Source: Planctomycetota bacterium (GTDB lineage Bacteria > Planctomycetota > UBA1135 > UBA2386). Taken from it: a stretch of DNA of 64,000 nt. The notes under the pieces were generated by a model, which was not told where the DNA came from, searched no databases, and saw only the letters and a list, made by a program, of their open reading frames with translations. The stretch is taken from contig OZ245838.1 of assembly GCA_965228735.1 (NCBI GenBank), positions 5,728,001 through 5,792,000 of the forward strand. Direction: 5' to 3'. A program made the translations under genes and the position numbers. Positions 27,825 to 41,200 of the stretch are shown here, one piece after another (the first letter of the stretch is position 1; every line of letters begins with the position of its first letter).

Positions 27825-30272
27825 GTGTCATTGCCTCGCACCTCGTTCGTTCTTTTCGCTGCGGCCGCATTCTCGTGCAGCGCGGCGCCCGTCCTGGCCC
27901 AGTCCGCCCGCGAACGCGTCGAGCAGCTCGAGCGCGAGCTCGACGAGCTCCGCGCGGAGCTCGCGCGGCTGCGCGGTTCCGAGGACGCGACCGGCGCGAC
28001 CTCGCCCGCGCGGCGGATGCGCTGGTTCGAGGACCATCGCGCGATGGTCGCGGCGTCGCCGCACCAGAAGCTGCGGTGGCACTTCCTCGGCCCCGACAAC
28101 GTGAGCGGTCGGATCACCGACATCGCGTCGCCGCTGCCGCGCGGCCGCAGCCCCGTGCTCTACGCGGCGACGGCGAGCGGCGGCGTGTGGAAGACGGTCA
28201 ACGAGGGCACGACCTGGGAGCCGATCTTCGATCACGAAGCAACGGCGTCGATCGGTGACGTCACGATCGACCCGTCGGATCCGGACACGATCTGGGTCGG
28301 CACGGGCGAGGCCAACATCTTCCGCAGCTCGATGGCCGGGTGCGGCGTCTACCGTTCGCAGGACGCGGGCGCGACGTGGCAGCACCTCGGTCTCGCCGCG
28401 ACGCACACGATCGCGCGCATCGTCGTCGATCCGACCGACGGCGACACGGTCTGGGTCGCGGCGTCGGGTCACGAGTGGACCGACAACGAAGAACGCGGGG
28501 TCTACAAGACGACCAACGGCGGCAAGACGTGGCAGCGCGTCCTGTTCATCGACGAGCGCACCGGCGCGATCGATCTCGTGATGGACCCGCGCGATCCCGC
28601 GGTCGTCTACGCGGCGACGTGGCAGCGCATCCGCAAGCGCTGGAACGACCCGCGCCAGGAGGACGGCTACGACGGCGGCGGCATCTACAAGACCACCGAC
28701 GGCGGCGTGAGCTGGCAGCCGATGCACGACGGGCTGCCCGCGGCCGAGCACCGCGGCCGCATCGGCATCGACCTGTGCACGGCGCATCCCGACACGGTCT
28801 ATGCGTTCATCGACAACTACGAGCTCGCGGGCGAGGCGCCGCCGGCCGACGAAGAGGACTCCTACGGCCGCGCCAAGCTGCGTTCGATCGAGGGCGCGCA
28901 GATCTACCGCTCGGACGACGGCGGCAAGTCGTGGCGCAAGACGAGCAAGTCCGACCGCTTCATGCGCGGGGCCTGCAGCACGTATGGCTGGGTGTTCGGT
29001 CAGGTGCGCGCGCACCCGGTCGACCCCGACACCGTCTACATGATGGGGCTCGGGCTCAGCGTGTCGCACGACGGCGGGGAGAGCTGGCAACGCCTGCGCG
29101 GCATGCACGGCGATCACCACGCGCTGTGGATCGATCCCGAGCAGCCGGACTACCTGGTGAACGGCAACGACGGCGGCATCGCGATGTCGTGGGACGGCGG
29201 CAAGAACTGGCGCACCTCGTACGAGACGCTGCCGGCCGTGCAGTTCTACAACGTCGGCGTCGACATGGCGGAGCCGTTCCACGTCTACGGTTCGATCCAG
29301 GATCACGGCAGCCGGCGCGGCACGGTCGTGATCTCGCGCAACCGCAAGCGCATCACGGGGCGGGACTGGCAGGGCTGCCCCGGCGGCGAGGCGTCGATCC
29401 ACGCGGTCGATGCGACGCAGACGATGCTCTACAGCGAGGGCTTCTACGGCAGCATCAACCGCACGGAGCTCGCGACCGGCAAGCGCGCGCGGATCAAGCC
29501 GCAGCCGGGCAAGGGCGAGCCCGAACTGCGCGGCCAGTGGCTCGCGCCGTTCCTCGTCTCGCCGCACAACCCGCGCATCGTCTACCACGGGATGAACAAG
29601 CTGTTCCGGACGCTCGATCAGGGCGACCACTGGACGTGCATCAGCCCGGACCTGAGTTACGCGGATCCGAACCAGCTCGGCGACATCCCGTACCAGACGA
29701 TCTTTTCGATCGCCGAGTCGCACCAGACGTTCGGCGTGCTCTACGTCGGCACCGACGACGGCCGGCTGTGGCGCACGATGGACAGCGGCGGCAACTGGAC
29801 GGAGATCACCGCGGGTCTCGCGGAGCGCCGCTGGATCTCGCGCGTCGAGGCGTCACGGTTCGCGAGCGGCACGATCTACGTCGCGCAGAACGGCAAGCGC
29901 AACGACGACTTCACGCCCTACCTCTGGCGATCGACGGATCACGGTGACACCTGGCAGGACATCGCCGCCGGCATCCCGGGTGCGCCGATCAACGTCGTGC
30001 GCGAGGACCCGCAGGATCCGTCGATCCTCTACGTGGGCACCGACCTCGGCGCCTACGTCAGCACGGACACGGGCCGCACCTGGAACGTGCTCGGCGGCAA
30101 CCTGCCGACGACCTACGTGCACGACATGGTCGTGCACCCGCGCGACGACGTGCTCGTGATCGCGACCCATGGTCGCGGGATGTACGCGCTCGACGTGCGG
30201 CCGCTGCGCGAAGAGCCGGAGGCCGAGACCTCGGTCGAAGAGGGCGGCGCGGGCGCGAGCGGCGGGCGGTAG
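27825..30272 (+). CDS. Secreted BNR/Asp-box repeat beta-propeller protein (VPS10/sortilin- or GH74-like)
   Basis: Signal peptide; repeated S/T.D.G.TW Asp-boxes; GGVWKT, HGDHHALWIDP and ATHGRG motifs. Confidence 0.88.
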   Translation: MSLPRTSFVLFAAAAFSCSAAPVLAQSARERVEQLERELDELRAELARLRGSEDATGATSPARRMRWFEDHRAMVAASPHQKLRWHFLGPDNVSGRITDIASPLPRGRSPVLYAATASGGVWKTVNEGTTWEPIFDHEATASIGDVTIDPSDPDTIWVGTGEANIFRSSMAGCGVYRSQDAGATWQHLGLAATHTIARIVVDPTDGDTVWVAASGHEWTDNEERGVYKTTNGGKTWQRVLFIDERTGAIDLVMDPRDPAVVYAATWQRIRKRWNDPRQEDGYDGGGIYKTTDGGVSWQPMHDGLPAAEHRGRIGIDLCTAHPDTVYAFIDNYELAGEAPPADEEDSYGRAKLRSIEGAQIYRSDDGGKSWRKTSKSDRFMRGACSTYGWVFGQVRAHPVDPDTVYMMGLGLSVSHDGGESWQRLRGMHGDHHALWIDPEQPDYLVNGNDGGIAMSWDGGKNWRTSYETLPAVQFYNVGVDMAEPFHVYGSIQDHGSRRGTVVISRNRKRITGRDWQGCPGGEASIHAVDATQTMLYSEGFYGSINRTELATGKRARIKPQPGKGEPELRGQWLAPFLVSPHNPRIVYHGMNKLFRTLDQGDHWTCISPDLSYADPNQLGDIPYQTIFSIAESHQTFGVLYVGTDDGRLWRTMDSGGNWTEITAGLAERRWISRVEASRFASGTIYVAQNGKRNDDFTPYLWRSTDHGDTWQDIAAGIPGAPINVVREDPQDPSILYVGTDLGAYVSTDTGRTWNVLGGNLPTTYVHDMVVHPRDDVLVIATHGRGMYALDVRPLREEPEAETSVEEGGAGASGGR

Positions 30273-30280
30273 GCCGCCCG
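30263..30280. terminator. Hairpin CGGGCGG-TAGG-CCGCCCG at a convergent junction
   Basis: 7-bp stem spanning the stop codon of the BNR gene. Confidence 0.35.
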
Positions 30281-30302
30281 TGCAGTCACCCGACGGCGCC
30301 TC

Positions 30303-30638
30303 CTAGTACGGACTGTCGAGCATGTCCCAGATGATCTGCTCGACGTCGGGCTCGCACTTGCCGGTCAGCTTCGCCACCGGTTCGCCGTCGCCCTTGATGT
30401 GGGCGGCGATCGCGGGGAGGTCGGCTTCGGTGACCTCGCTGTAGAAGACCTTGTCCGGGTAGAGCGTCACGTTGATCCCCTGCTCGCACGCGCCGAAGCA
30501 CGGGTAGCGCCGGATCTTGATCTTCTCCTCGCCCGGGTCGAACTCGGCGACGAGGTCCTTGAGCTTGTCGTGGAGGTCACCGCTGCCCCTCTCGGTGCAG
30601 TCGCCGCCTTCGCAGACGTAGCAGAGTCGATTGGTCAT
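30303..30638 (-). CDS. Thioredoxin-like [2Fe-2S] ferredoxin
   Basis: CEGGDC...CFGACEQG.NV.LYPDKVFY four-Cys pattern of Trx-fold (NuoE-like) ferredoxins. Confidence 0.88.
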   Translation of the reverse strand: MTNRLCYVCEGGDCTERGSGDLHDKLKDLVAEFDPGEEKIKIRRYPCFGACEQGINVTLYPDKVFYSEVTEADLPAIAAHIKGDGEPVAKLTGKCEPDVEQIIWDMLDSPY

Positions 30639-30675
30639 TCGGTCGCTCTCGGCTTTCGTGGTGGTGGCCCGGACT

Positions 30676-32094
<1,419 letters not shown>

Positions 32095-32131
32095 GGTTGT
32101 CTCCGGTCTCGTATTCGTCGGTCGGTGGTCC

Positions 32132-33754
<1,623 letters not shown>

Positions 33755-33890
33755 GGCCAGGGGCTCGGGGCCGATGCGGTCGCGCGGACCCGATCGCTCG
33801 GGGTCGGCGCGTCGCGATGGAGGCGGATGGCGGGCGCCGGAACGGCGCCGCGGCGGGCCGACCGTTGTACCGGCACCGGCTTCGAGCGCA

Positions 33891-33938
33891 AGCATGATGG
33901 TGCATCGGGCCGGCTTAGGAAGATGCAACATAATGCAT
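33891..33938. promoter_or_regulatory. Two BoxR/BzdR-type operator-like sites
   Basis: ATGCA-ACATAA-TGCAT (33923-33938) and AGCA-TGATGG-TGCA (33891-33904) upstream of boxC. Confidence 0.65.
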
Positions 33939-33984
33939 TTACGGTGAACCGGAGTCCGCGGTTCGTCCCGGCTCCCGAGCGCGT

Positions 33985-35742
33985 TCAGGGGCCGGCGTAC
34001 CAGGTGTCGTAGCCGCCGGCGGTCCAATAGTGGTGGACGTCGCCGAACAGGGACGAATAGGCGCCGAGGAGCTGGGAGTCGGTCCACCACGTCGGATTGC
34101 CATCCGCGATGGTCTCGATGATCTCGGCGCGCTTCGTCATGCTCGCGAGCATCGCGTAGGGGTCTTGCGGCGCGCCGGCCGGGCTGGTCGCGAGCAGATG
34201 GTCGGAGGCCGAGAGCCGGTACGACAGATCGGCGAAGAACGACCACACGGCCATCTGTTTCGCGACTCGCAGCTCGTGTGACAGCAGCAGGCGGTTCTGC
34301 TCGGACACGCTGCAGCCCGGCGCGACGGCGGCCGCTTGCGCGATCATCTCGGTGCACACGGCGCGATTCGTGCCATCGGGCAGGTAGACCGGTTCCTCGT
34401 AGCCCGGAAACAGCGGGGAGTGGATCGGCATCGACGCGTACGAGTGGATCGGGGTCCAGGTCGCGCCGGTCTGCGACGAGGCCAGCGCGGCGATCGCGGC
34501 GAGCGTCGGCTGGCTGGTCGTCGATCCGCGTGGGCCGTAGTCACGGAGGTAGATCGTCCGCGCGCCCGTGACGGGATCCGCCGTGTCGAACCGGGGCCCG
34601 TAGAACAGGCCGTCCCCGAGCTCCGAGACCACGAAGTTGATGTTCTGCACCTCGCCCGTCCTCGGGTTCCTGATCGGGTGGGCTTGCTGACCGACGTTCG
34701 CGGAGAAGAGGCAGAAGCCGACTCCGGGGCCGTTCGGGTTGCCGGTCGCCGAGGACGGCACTCGGGAGAGCAGGTCGATCGCTTCGGGGTAGTGCTGCCC
34801 GCTGCCGAGCAGTCCGGCCTCCATGACGAGGATGGGTTTGAACGGCTCGGAGTCCTCGAGCAGGGACGACGCGTTGTCGCACTTGCCTTCGATGTCGCGG
34901 GGGCCGAAGCCGTAGAAGTTGAACCCGAGCACGTCGAGGTTGTCGTCGGCGGCGAGCGCGGAGTGCAGCGGATTGTCGTGGGCCCAGACCGGCGGCGTGA
35001 CGGCCGTGACCGCGTCGATGGCCGTGTCCTTGATCAACGTCAGGGTCTCGGCGATCCAGGTGTGCTGATCCGGCTGCGACGGGTCGAAGACCGGTTCGTT
35101 CATCACGTCCCAGATCAGCAGCGTCCGGGTCGCGAACCGGGGGGAGGCCTTCGGGGGCATGAACGGCGCCGCGGCCGTGAGCATGTCGGTCACGAACCGC
35201 TCGTGGATCGCTCCGAGGTGGCCGTTGCGCCGGGCGATCTCCGTGTTGCCGGGCGACATGATCCACTTCTGGTAGTTCTCGTAGCCCGGACCCGGCAGGC
35301 TCGAAGCGTCCGGCTCGTGAAAGTCGGCGTCCCAGACGACCGGAATGACGTGCAGGCCTCGCGTCTGGCAGAGTCGCAGGAAGTCCTGGAACTTCGCGAC
35401 CATCTTCTCGGGGGCGAACGAGTAGTAGTGGAACGAGAGCCACACGCGCACCGTGTTGAAGCCGACGTCGTGGATCCGCGCCAGCTGCGCATCGATGTCG
35501 AGGCGTTCGCGGGACCGGGGTGCCGTGTCGTAGCCAGCCCATCCGGCCGCGCCGGAAGCGACGTCGTGGAATGCGGGGTGAGACGTGGAGATGGCCAGCA
35601 GCGAGGTCACGTCGCGATACGAGGGGATGAAATCCACGCCTCGCACGTTGCGGTAGTCAGGAGCGATCGGCTCCATCGTCGGGGCCGAAGCGGTCGCGGT
35701 CTCGGTGGTCGCGGCGGCTCGGCGGCTCGGTGTGGGCGTCAT
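33985..35742 (-). CDS. Putative clan GH-A glycoside hydrolase (GH5/GH2-like) with unknown C-terminal extension
   Basis: [26 protein letters not shown] (acid/base) and PILVMEAG (nucleophile); no obvious signal peptide. Confidence 0.7.
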   Translation of the reverse strand: MTPTPSRRAAATTETATASAPTMEPIAPDYRNVRGVDFIPSYRDVTSLLAISTSHPAFHDVASGAAGWAGYDTAPRSRERLDIDAQLARIHDVGFNTVRVWLSFHYYSFAPEKMVAKFQDFLRLCQTRGLHVIPVVWDADFHEPDASSLPGPGYENYQKWIMSPGNTEIARRNGHLGAIHERFVTDMLTAAAPFMPPKASPRFATRTLLIWDVMNEPVFDPSQPDQHTWIAETLTLIKDTAIDAVTAVTPPVWAHDNPLHSALAADDNLDVLGFNFYGFGPRDIEGKCDNASSLLEDSEPFKPILVMEAGLLGSGQHYPEAIDLLSRVPSSATGNPNGPGVGFCLFSANVGQQAHPIRNPRTGEVQNINFVVSELGDGLFYGPRFDTADPVTGARTIYLRDYGPRGSTTSQPTLAAIAALASSQTGATWTPIHSYASMPIHSPLFPGYEEPVYLPDGTNRAVCTEMIAQAAAVAPGCSVSEQNRLLLSHELRVAKQMAVWSFFADLSYRLSASDHLLATSPAGAPQDPYAMLASMTKRAEIIETIADGNPTWWTDSQLLGAYSSLFGDVHHYWTAGGYDTWYAGP

Positions 35743-35915
35743 CTCGCGTTTCCCCTGGATTGCGCAAGGCGTATGGTCAGCCCGTCGGGAGAGTGCGTCA
35801 ACCAAAGGTGCGCCTACTGGCGGACCGGATCGTGAACTCGGCCTCGGACAGGCGGAGCTCTCGGCGCAGTCTCCCCGTACCACCCATGTTGGGACCTGGC
35901 CGAGGATCTCGATCG

Positions 35916-38243
35916 ATGCGCGCGTTCGTTCTTGTGCTGCTGGTGCTCGCCCCGGCGGTCGTGGCCCAGCCGCCTCGCTGGCTCTGGTACAAGCAGCCGG
36001 CGGCGACCTGGAACGAAGCGCTGCCGGTCGGCAACGGGCGGCTCGGTGCGATGGTGTTCGGGGGCGCCGCGAGCGAGCGGATCCAGCTCAACGAGGACTC
36101 GCTCTGGGCCGGGAGTCCGGTCGGGCGGGATCGGGCCGGTGCGAGCCAGCACCTCGCCGAGGCCCGCCGCCTGCTGTTCGCCGGCGACTACGCTGCCGCC
36201 GAGAAGCTCGTGCAGAACGAGTTCATGTCGGAGCGCTGGGTCCGCAGTCACCAGACGCTCGGCGAACTGCGGATCGACATGGTCGGCGGCGGTCACGACG
36301 AGCCCGCGGACTACGTGCGCGAGCTCGACCTGCGCGACGGCATCGCCCGCTCGACGTATCGCGCCGGCGACACGATGTTCCGGCGCGAGGTGTTCTGCAG
36401 CGCGGCCGAGCAGGCGCTGATCGTCGACCTCAAGGCCGACCGCGAAACGGAGTTCACGTTCGAGGTGCGGCTCGAGCGCGCCGAGAACGCGCGGCTGCGG
36501 CTCGCCGATGACCGCACGCTCACGTTGACGGGGCAGGCCGATCGCGGCGAGCGGCACGAGGGCACGAAGTTCATCGCGTGGTTGCACGTGCTCCACGGTG
36601 ACGTGCTGCGCGCCGGCGAGGACGGCGGTTCGATGCGGCTCGTCGTGCGCGGCACGGGGCGCGCGACGCTCGCGCTCACGGCCGCGACGAGCTTCGGCAG
36701 CGGCATCGGTCTCGTCGAGGATCTCGAACCCGAGGAGGCGTTGGGCAACGCCAGGCTCGAGCTCGACGCGCTTGCCGGCCGCGAGGTCGAGGCGATGCGG
36801 CAGCTGCACGTGATCGAGCACCGCGAGCTGTTCGATCGGGTCGACGTCGAGCTCGGCACGCCCGCGTACCGTGGTCTGCCGACCGACGTCCGGCTCGAAC
36901 GCGTGCAGAACGGTTCGACCGATCCCGACCTCAACGCGACCTACCTGCAGTTCGGCCGCTACCTGCTGATGGCGAGCTCGCGGCCGCTGTCGATGCCCGC
37001 CAACCTGCAAGGGCTGTGGAACGAGCACATCGACGCGCCGTGGAACGCGGACTACCACATCAACATCAACCTGCAGATGAACTACTGGCTCGCCGAGGTG
37101 GGCAACCTCTCGGAGTGTCACCTGCCGTTCTTCGCGTTCGTCGAGGCCCTCGTGCCGAACGGCCGACGCACGGCGAAGGAGCTCTACGGCTGCGACGGCT
37201 GGGTGGCGCATCACACGAGCGATGCGTGGGCGTTCACGTCGCCGATCGGCAGCACGCGGTGGGGGATGTGGCCGGTGGGCGGCGCGTGGTGCACCGCGCA
37301 TTTCGTCGAGCACTGGCGCTTCACGGGTGATCGCGAGTTCTTGCGTGGACGCGCGTGGCCGGTGCTGCGCGGCGCGGCCGAGTTCTTCCTCGACTATCTC
37401 GTCGAGCATCCGAAGACCGGCAAGCTCGTCAGCGGGCCGTCGATGTCGCCGGAGAACTCGTTCGAGACCGCGGCCGGCACGGTCGCGCATGTGACGATGG
37501 GGCCGGCGATGGACCAGCAGATCATCGCGGAGCTGTTCGACAACGTCGCCGAGGTCGCGCAGGAACTCGCGATCGACGACGAGTTCACGCAGGCCGTGGC
37601 CGCAGCGCGGGCGCGACTGCAGGGACCACAGATCGGCAGCGACGGGCGGCTGCTCGAGTGGAACGAGGAGTTCGGCGAGCCCGAGCCCGGGCATCGTCAC
37701 ATGAGCCACCTGTATCTGCTGCACCCGGGCACGACCATCGGGCCGAACCGCACGCCCGACCTGGCAGCGGCGGCGAAGAAGAGTCTGGAGCATCGACTCA
37801 GAAACGGCGGTGGCCACACCGGCTGGAGTCGCGCGTGGATCGTCAACTTCTTCGCGCGCCTGTGGGACGGCCAGACGGCCTGGCAGCACCATCAGCAGCT
37901 GCTGGGCAAGTCGACGCTGCCGAACCTGTTCGACAACCACCCGCCGTTCCAGATCGACGGCAACTTCGGCGGTGCTGCGGCCGTCGTCGAGATGCTGCTG
38001 CAGAGCCACGGCAGTGAACTCGTGCTGCTGCCGGCGCTGCCGCTGTCGTGGGGGACGGGCAAGGCGCGCGGGTTGCGCGCGCGCGGCGGCTTCGAGGTCG
38101 CGATGGAGTGGGACCGGATGGCGCTCAAAGAGGTCCGCATCAAGAGTCTGCTCGGGCGTCCGCTCACGGCGATCGTCGGCGCGCGCGAGCTGTGCCGCGA
38201 CCGCGCGACCGAGGTCGGCGAGGTCATCACGTTCAACCCGTGA
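35916..38243 (+). CDS. Glycoside hydrolase family 95 (alpha-L-fucosidase-like)
   Basis: Signal peptide; [64 protein letters not shown]. Confidence 0.95.
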   Translation: MRAFVLVLLVLAPAVVAQPPRWLWYKQPAATWNEALPVGNGRLGAMVFGGAASERIQLNEDSLWAGSPVGRDRAGASQHLAEARRLLFAGDYAAAEKLVQNEFMSERWVRSHQTLGELRIDMVGGGHDEPADYVRELDLRDGIARSTYRAGDTMFRREVFCSAAEQALIVDLKADRETEFTFEVRLERAENARLRLADDRTLTLTGQADRGERHEGTKFIAWLHVLHGDVLRAGEDGGSMRLVVRGTGRATLALTAATSFGSGIGLVEDLEPEEALGNARLELDALAGREVEAMRQLHVIEHRELFDRVDVELGTPAYRGLPTDVRLERVQNGSTDPDLNATYLQFGRYLLMASSRPLSMPANLQGLWNEHIDAPWNADYHININLQMNYWLAEVGNLSECHLPFFAFVEALVPNGRRTAKELYGCDGWVAHHTSDAWAFTSPIGSTRWGMWPVGGAWCTAHFVEHWRFTGDREFLRGRAWPVLRGAAEFFLDYLVEHPKTGKLVSGPSMSPENSFETAAGTVAHVTMGPAMDQQIIAELFDNVAEVAQELAIDDEFTQAVAAARARLQGPQIGSDGRLLEWNEEFGEPEPGHRHMSHLYLLHPGTTIGPNRTPDLAAAAKKSLEHRLRNGGGHTGWSRAWIVNFFARLWDGQTAWQHHQQLLGKSTLPNLFDNHPPFQIDGNFGGAAAVVEMLLQSHGSELVLLPALPLSWGTGKARGLRARGGFEVAMEWDRMALKEVRIKSLLGRPLTAIVGARELCRDRATEVGEVITFNP

Positions 38244-41200
38244 CACAGCCTGTGATCCCATCCGACGAGCGCCCAGCCGGGCTGGCCATCGAACTCGTCA
38301 GCGAACCGCGGCTCTGCTACGCGATGCAGCAGAGCGCGGTGCCGTGGCTGCGGGCGGTGCGCCTGCGGAACGGCGGCGACGAAGCGGTCACGGATCTCGT
38401 CGTGACGGTAGACCTCGTGCCGGCGTTCGCGCGCCCGCTCGAGTGGCGCGTCGCGGAGGTGCCGCCTGGCGAGGCGGTGGAGCTCGAGCGGCCCGACCCG
38501 GTGCTCGAGCTCGACCAGCTCGCGAACCTGCTCGAACGCGTGCGCGGCGAGTTGCGCGCGACGGTGCGCTCGGCCGAGGATTCGACCGCGACGCAACCGG
38601 AGCTGGCGGCCGCGACGGCGCCGATCGAGGTCCTCGCCTACAACGAATGGCCCGGGCTCACGGTGCTGCCCGCGCTCCTCGCGGCGTTCGCACAACCCAA
38701 TCACCCGAGCCTCGCGCCGCTGCTGCAGCTCGTCGCGCACGAGCTCGAGAAGCGCACCGGGCGATCGGCCCTCGACGGCTACCAGAGCGGCGACCCTGAG
38801 CGGGTGCGGCACGTGCTGGCCGCGGTGCACGCGGCCCTCGTCGAGCAGCAGATTCAATACGTGAGCGCGCCGCCGAGCTTCGAACGCATCGGTCAGAAGG
38901 TGCGGCCGCCGGAGCAGGTCCTCGGCGACCGGCTCGGGACGTGCCTCGATCTCGCGTTGCTCTTCGCGGGTCTGCTGGAGCACGTCGGGCTGCATCCCGT
39001 GCTCGTCCTGCAGAAGGCGCACGCGTTCGTCGGCGTGTTCTCGCACGCGGACACGACGTCGGACATCACGTTCGGTCCAGCGGTCGAGCTGCGCAAGTTC
39101 ACGGACGCGCGCGGGCTGTTCGTCAGCGAAGCCACGCTGGTCTGTGCGTCGGGGCCCGCGACGTTCGAGAACGCGGAACGCGCGGCGCGCGCGCACCTCG
39201 ACGACGACGAAGCGTTCGTCGTGGCGATCGACGTCGCGGCCGCGCGGCGCCACGGGATCGCGCCGCTGCCGCCGCGGGTGAGTGCGTACCGCGCCGGGGA
39301 ACCGTTCGTCGCGCCGACCCTCGAACGTGGGGTCGGCGAGGCGGGTGCGGCACGGCGCGCCGCGGTGCCGGCGCGTGACCCGGAACCCGAGTCCGCGCCG
39401 GCCGTCGACCGCGGGCCGAAGGACCGGCTCGAGCATTGGAAGAGCCGGCTGCTCGATCTGACGATGTTCAACCGGCTGCTCAACTTCCGCGAGACGCGGA
39501 AGACGATCCGGCTGTGCGATCACGACCTGCAGGCGCTCGATCACCGCATGCACACGCGCGGGCGACTGCGGATCCACCCCCGTCCCGACCTCGGGCAGGA
39601 CGACGATCCGCGCGATCTGCAGCTCAGCGAGCAGCGCACGGGCGTCGACGTGCGCGCCGAGTTCCTCGCGGGCGAGCTCGCCGGCGGTCGGCTGCGCGCC
39701 GAGCACGAGCCCGATGATCTCGACGCGCGGCTCGTCGAGATCTTCCGCCACGCGCGCACGACGCTCGAGGAGAGCGGCGCCAACACGCTGTATCTCGCGG
39801 TCGGGTTCCTGCGCTGGTTCGAGACGCCGGAGTCGACGAAAGAACGACGCGCGCCGCTGCTCCTGCTGCCGCTCCTCATCGAACGGACGTCGGTGCAGGA
39901 GGGCTTCCGGCTGACGCTCGATGACGCCGAACCGCGCATCAATCGCACGCTGCTGCAGCTGCTCGAACGCGACTTCCAGCTCGAGGTCCGACTCGACGAC
40001 GTGCCGGAGACCGACGACGGTGTCGATGTCGAAGCCGTGCTGGACGCGTTCCGCGGCGTCGCGCTCGGCATGCCGCGGTGGGAGGTCGAGCTCACGGCCC
40101 AGATCGGGTTCTTCTCGTTCACGAAGTACCTGATGTGGCTCGACCTGTCGGACCGCGACGGCCTGCTCAGAAGCCCCGTTCTGCAGCACCTCGTCGAGAA
40201 TCCGGGCGGCGCGCTCGCGCAGGAGGTGCCGGAGACGCCGCGCGACGAGCTCGACGACCTCGATCCGGCGACGGTCTATTGCCCCAAGGACGCGGACAGC
40301 TCGCAGCTCGCCGCGGTCGTCGCGGGCGCGGCCGGGCGCACGTTCGTGCTCGAGGGGCCGCCCGGCACGGGCAAGTCGCAGACGATCACCAACCTGATCA
40401 GTCAGGCGCTCGCCAATGAGAAGCGCGTGCTGTTCGTCGCCGAGAAGCGGGCCGCGCTCGAGGTCGTGCAGCGCCGCCTCGACAGCGTCGGGCTCGGCGC
40501 GTTCTGCCTCGAACTGCACTCGAGCAAGAGCGGCAGCAAGGCGGTGCTCGAGCAGCTGCGGCGTCCGCTCGATCTCGCGGTGCGGCGGGAGCCGCGCGGG
40601 TGGGCGGCGCTCGTCGAAGAACTCGGCCGCGAGCGCGACCGCCTCAACGGCTACGTGCGCGCGATCCACCTGCGGCGTGAGCACGGGTTCTCGCTCTACT
40701 GGGCCATCGGTCAGCTCGTCGGTCTGCGCGATGCGCCCCGCATCGCGATGCCGGAGCTGCTCGACGGCGCGCCCGCCGACATCGTGTCCGCCCGCCGCGC
40801 GGTCTCCGAGCTCGTGTCCGCGGCGAGCCGGCTCGGCGTGCCGATCGAGGAGCCGTGGTGGGGCGTGCGGCGAACGGACTGGTCGCACGCGCTCCTGCGT
40901 GACGTCGTGCCCGTCGCCGAGCGGCTGCAGCGCGCGGCCCTCGCGTACGAGACCGCCGTCGCCGACGTCGTCGACATGTTCGCGCTCGACCGCGTGGTCG
41001 GCGGCGGGCCGGACGGGGCAGGGCCGAGTCGGGATCAGCTCGAGCTGTTGCGCGAGCTCGCCGAACGCTTCACGGCGGCGCTGCTGCCGACGGCCGCGAT
41101 GCTGCGCGCGCCCGACTGGCCGCGCCTCGCGGCCGAACTGCGCGAGGTCTGCGCGATCGCCACGCGCCGCCAGAAGCTCTGGGCGCCGCTCGCCGAGCGC

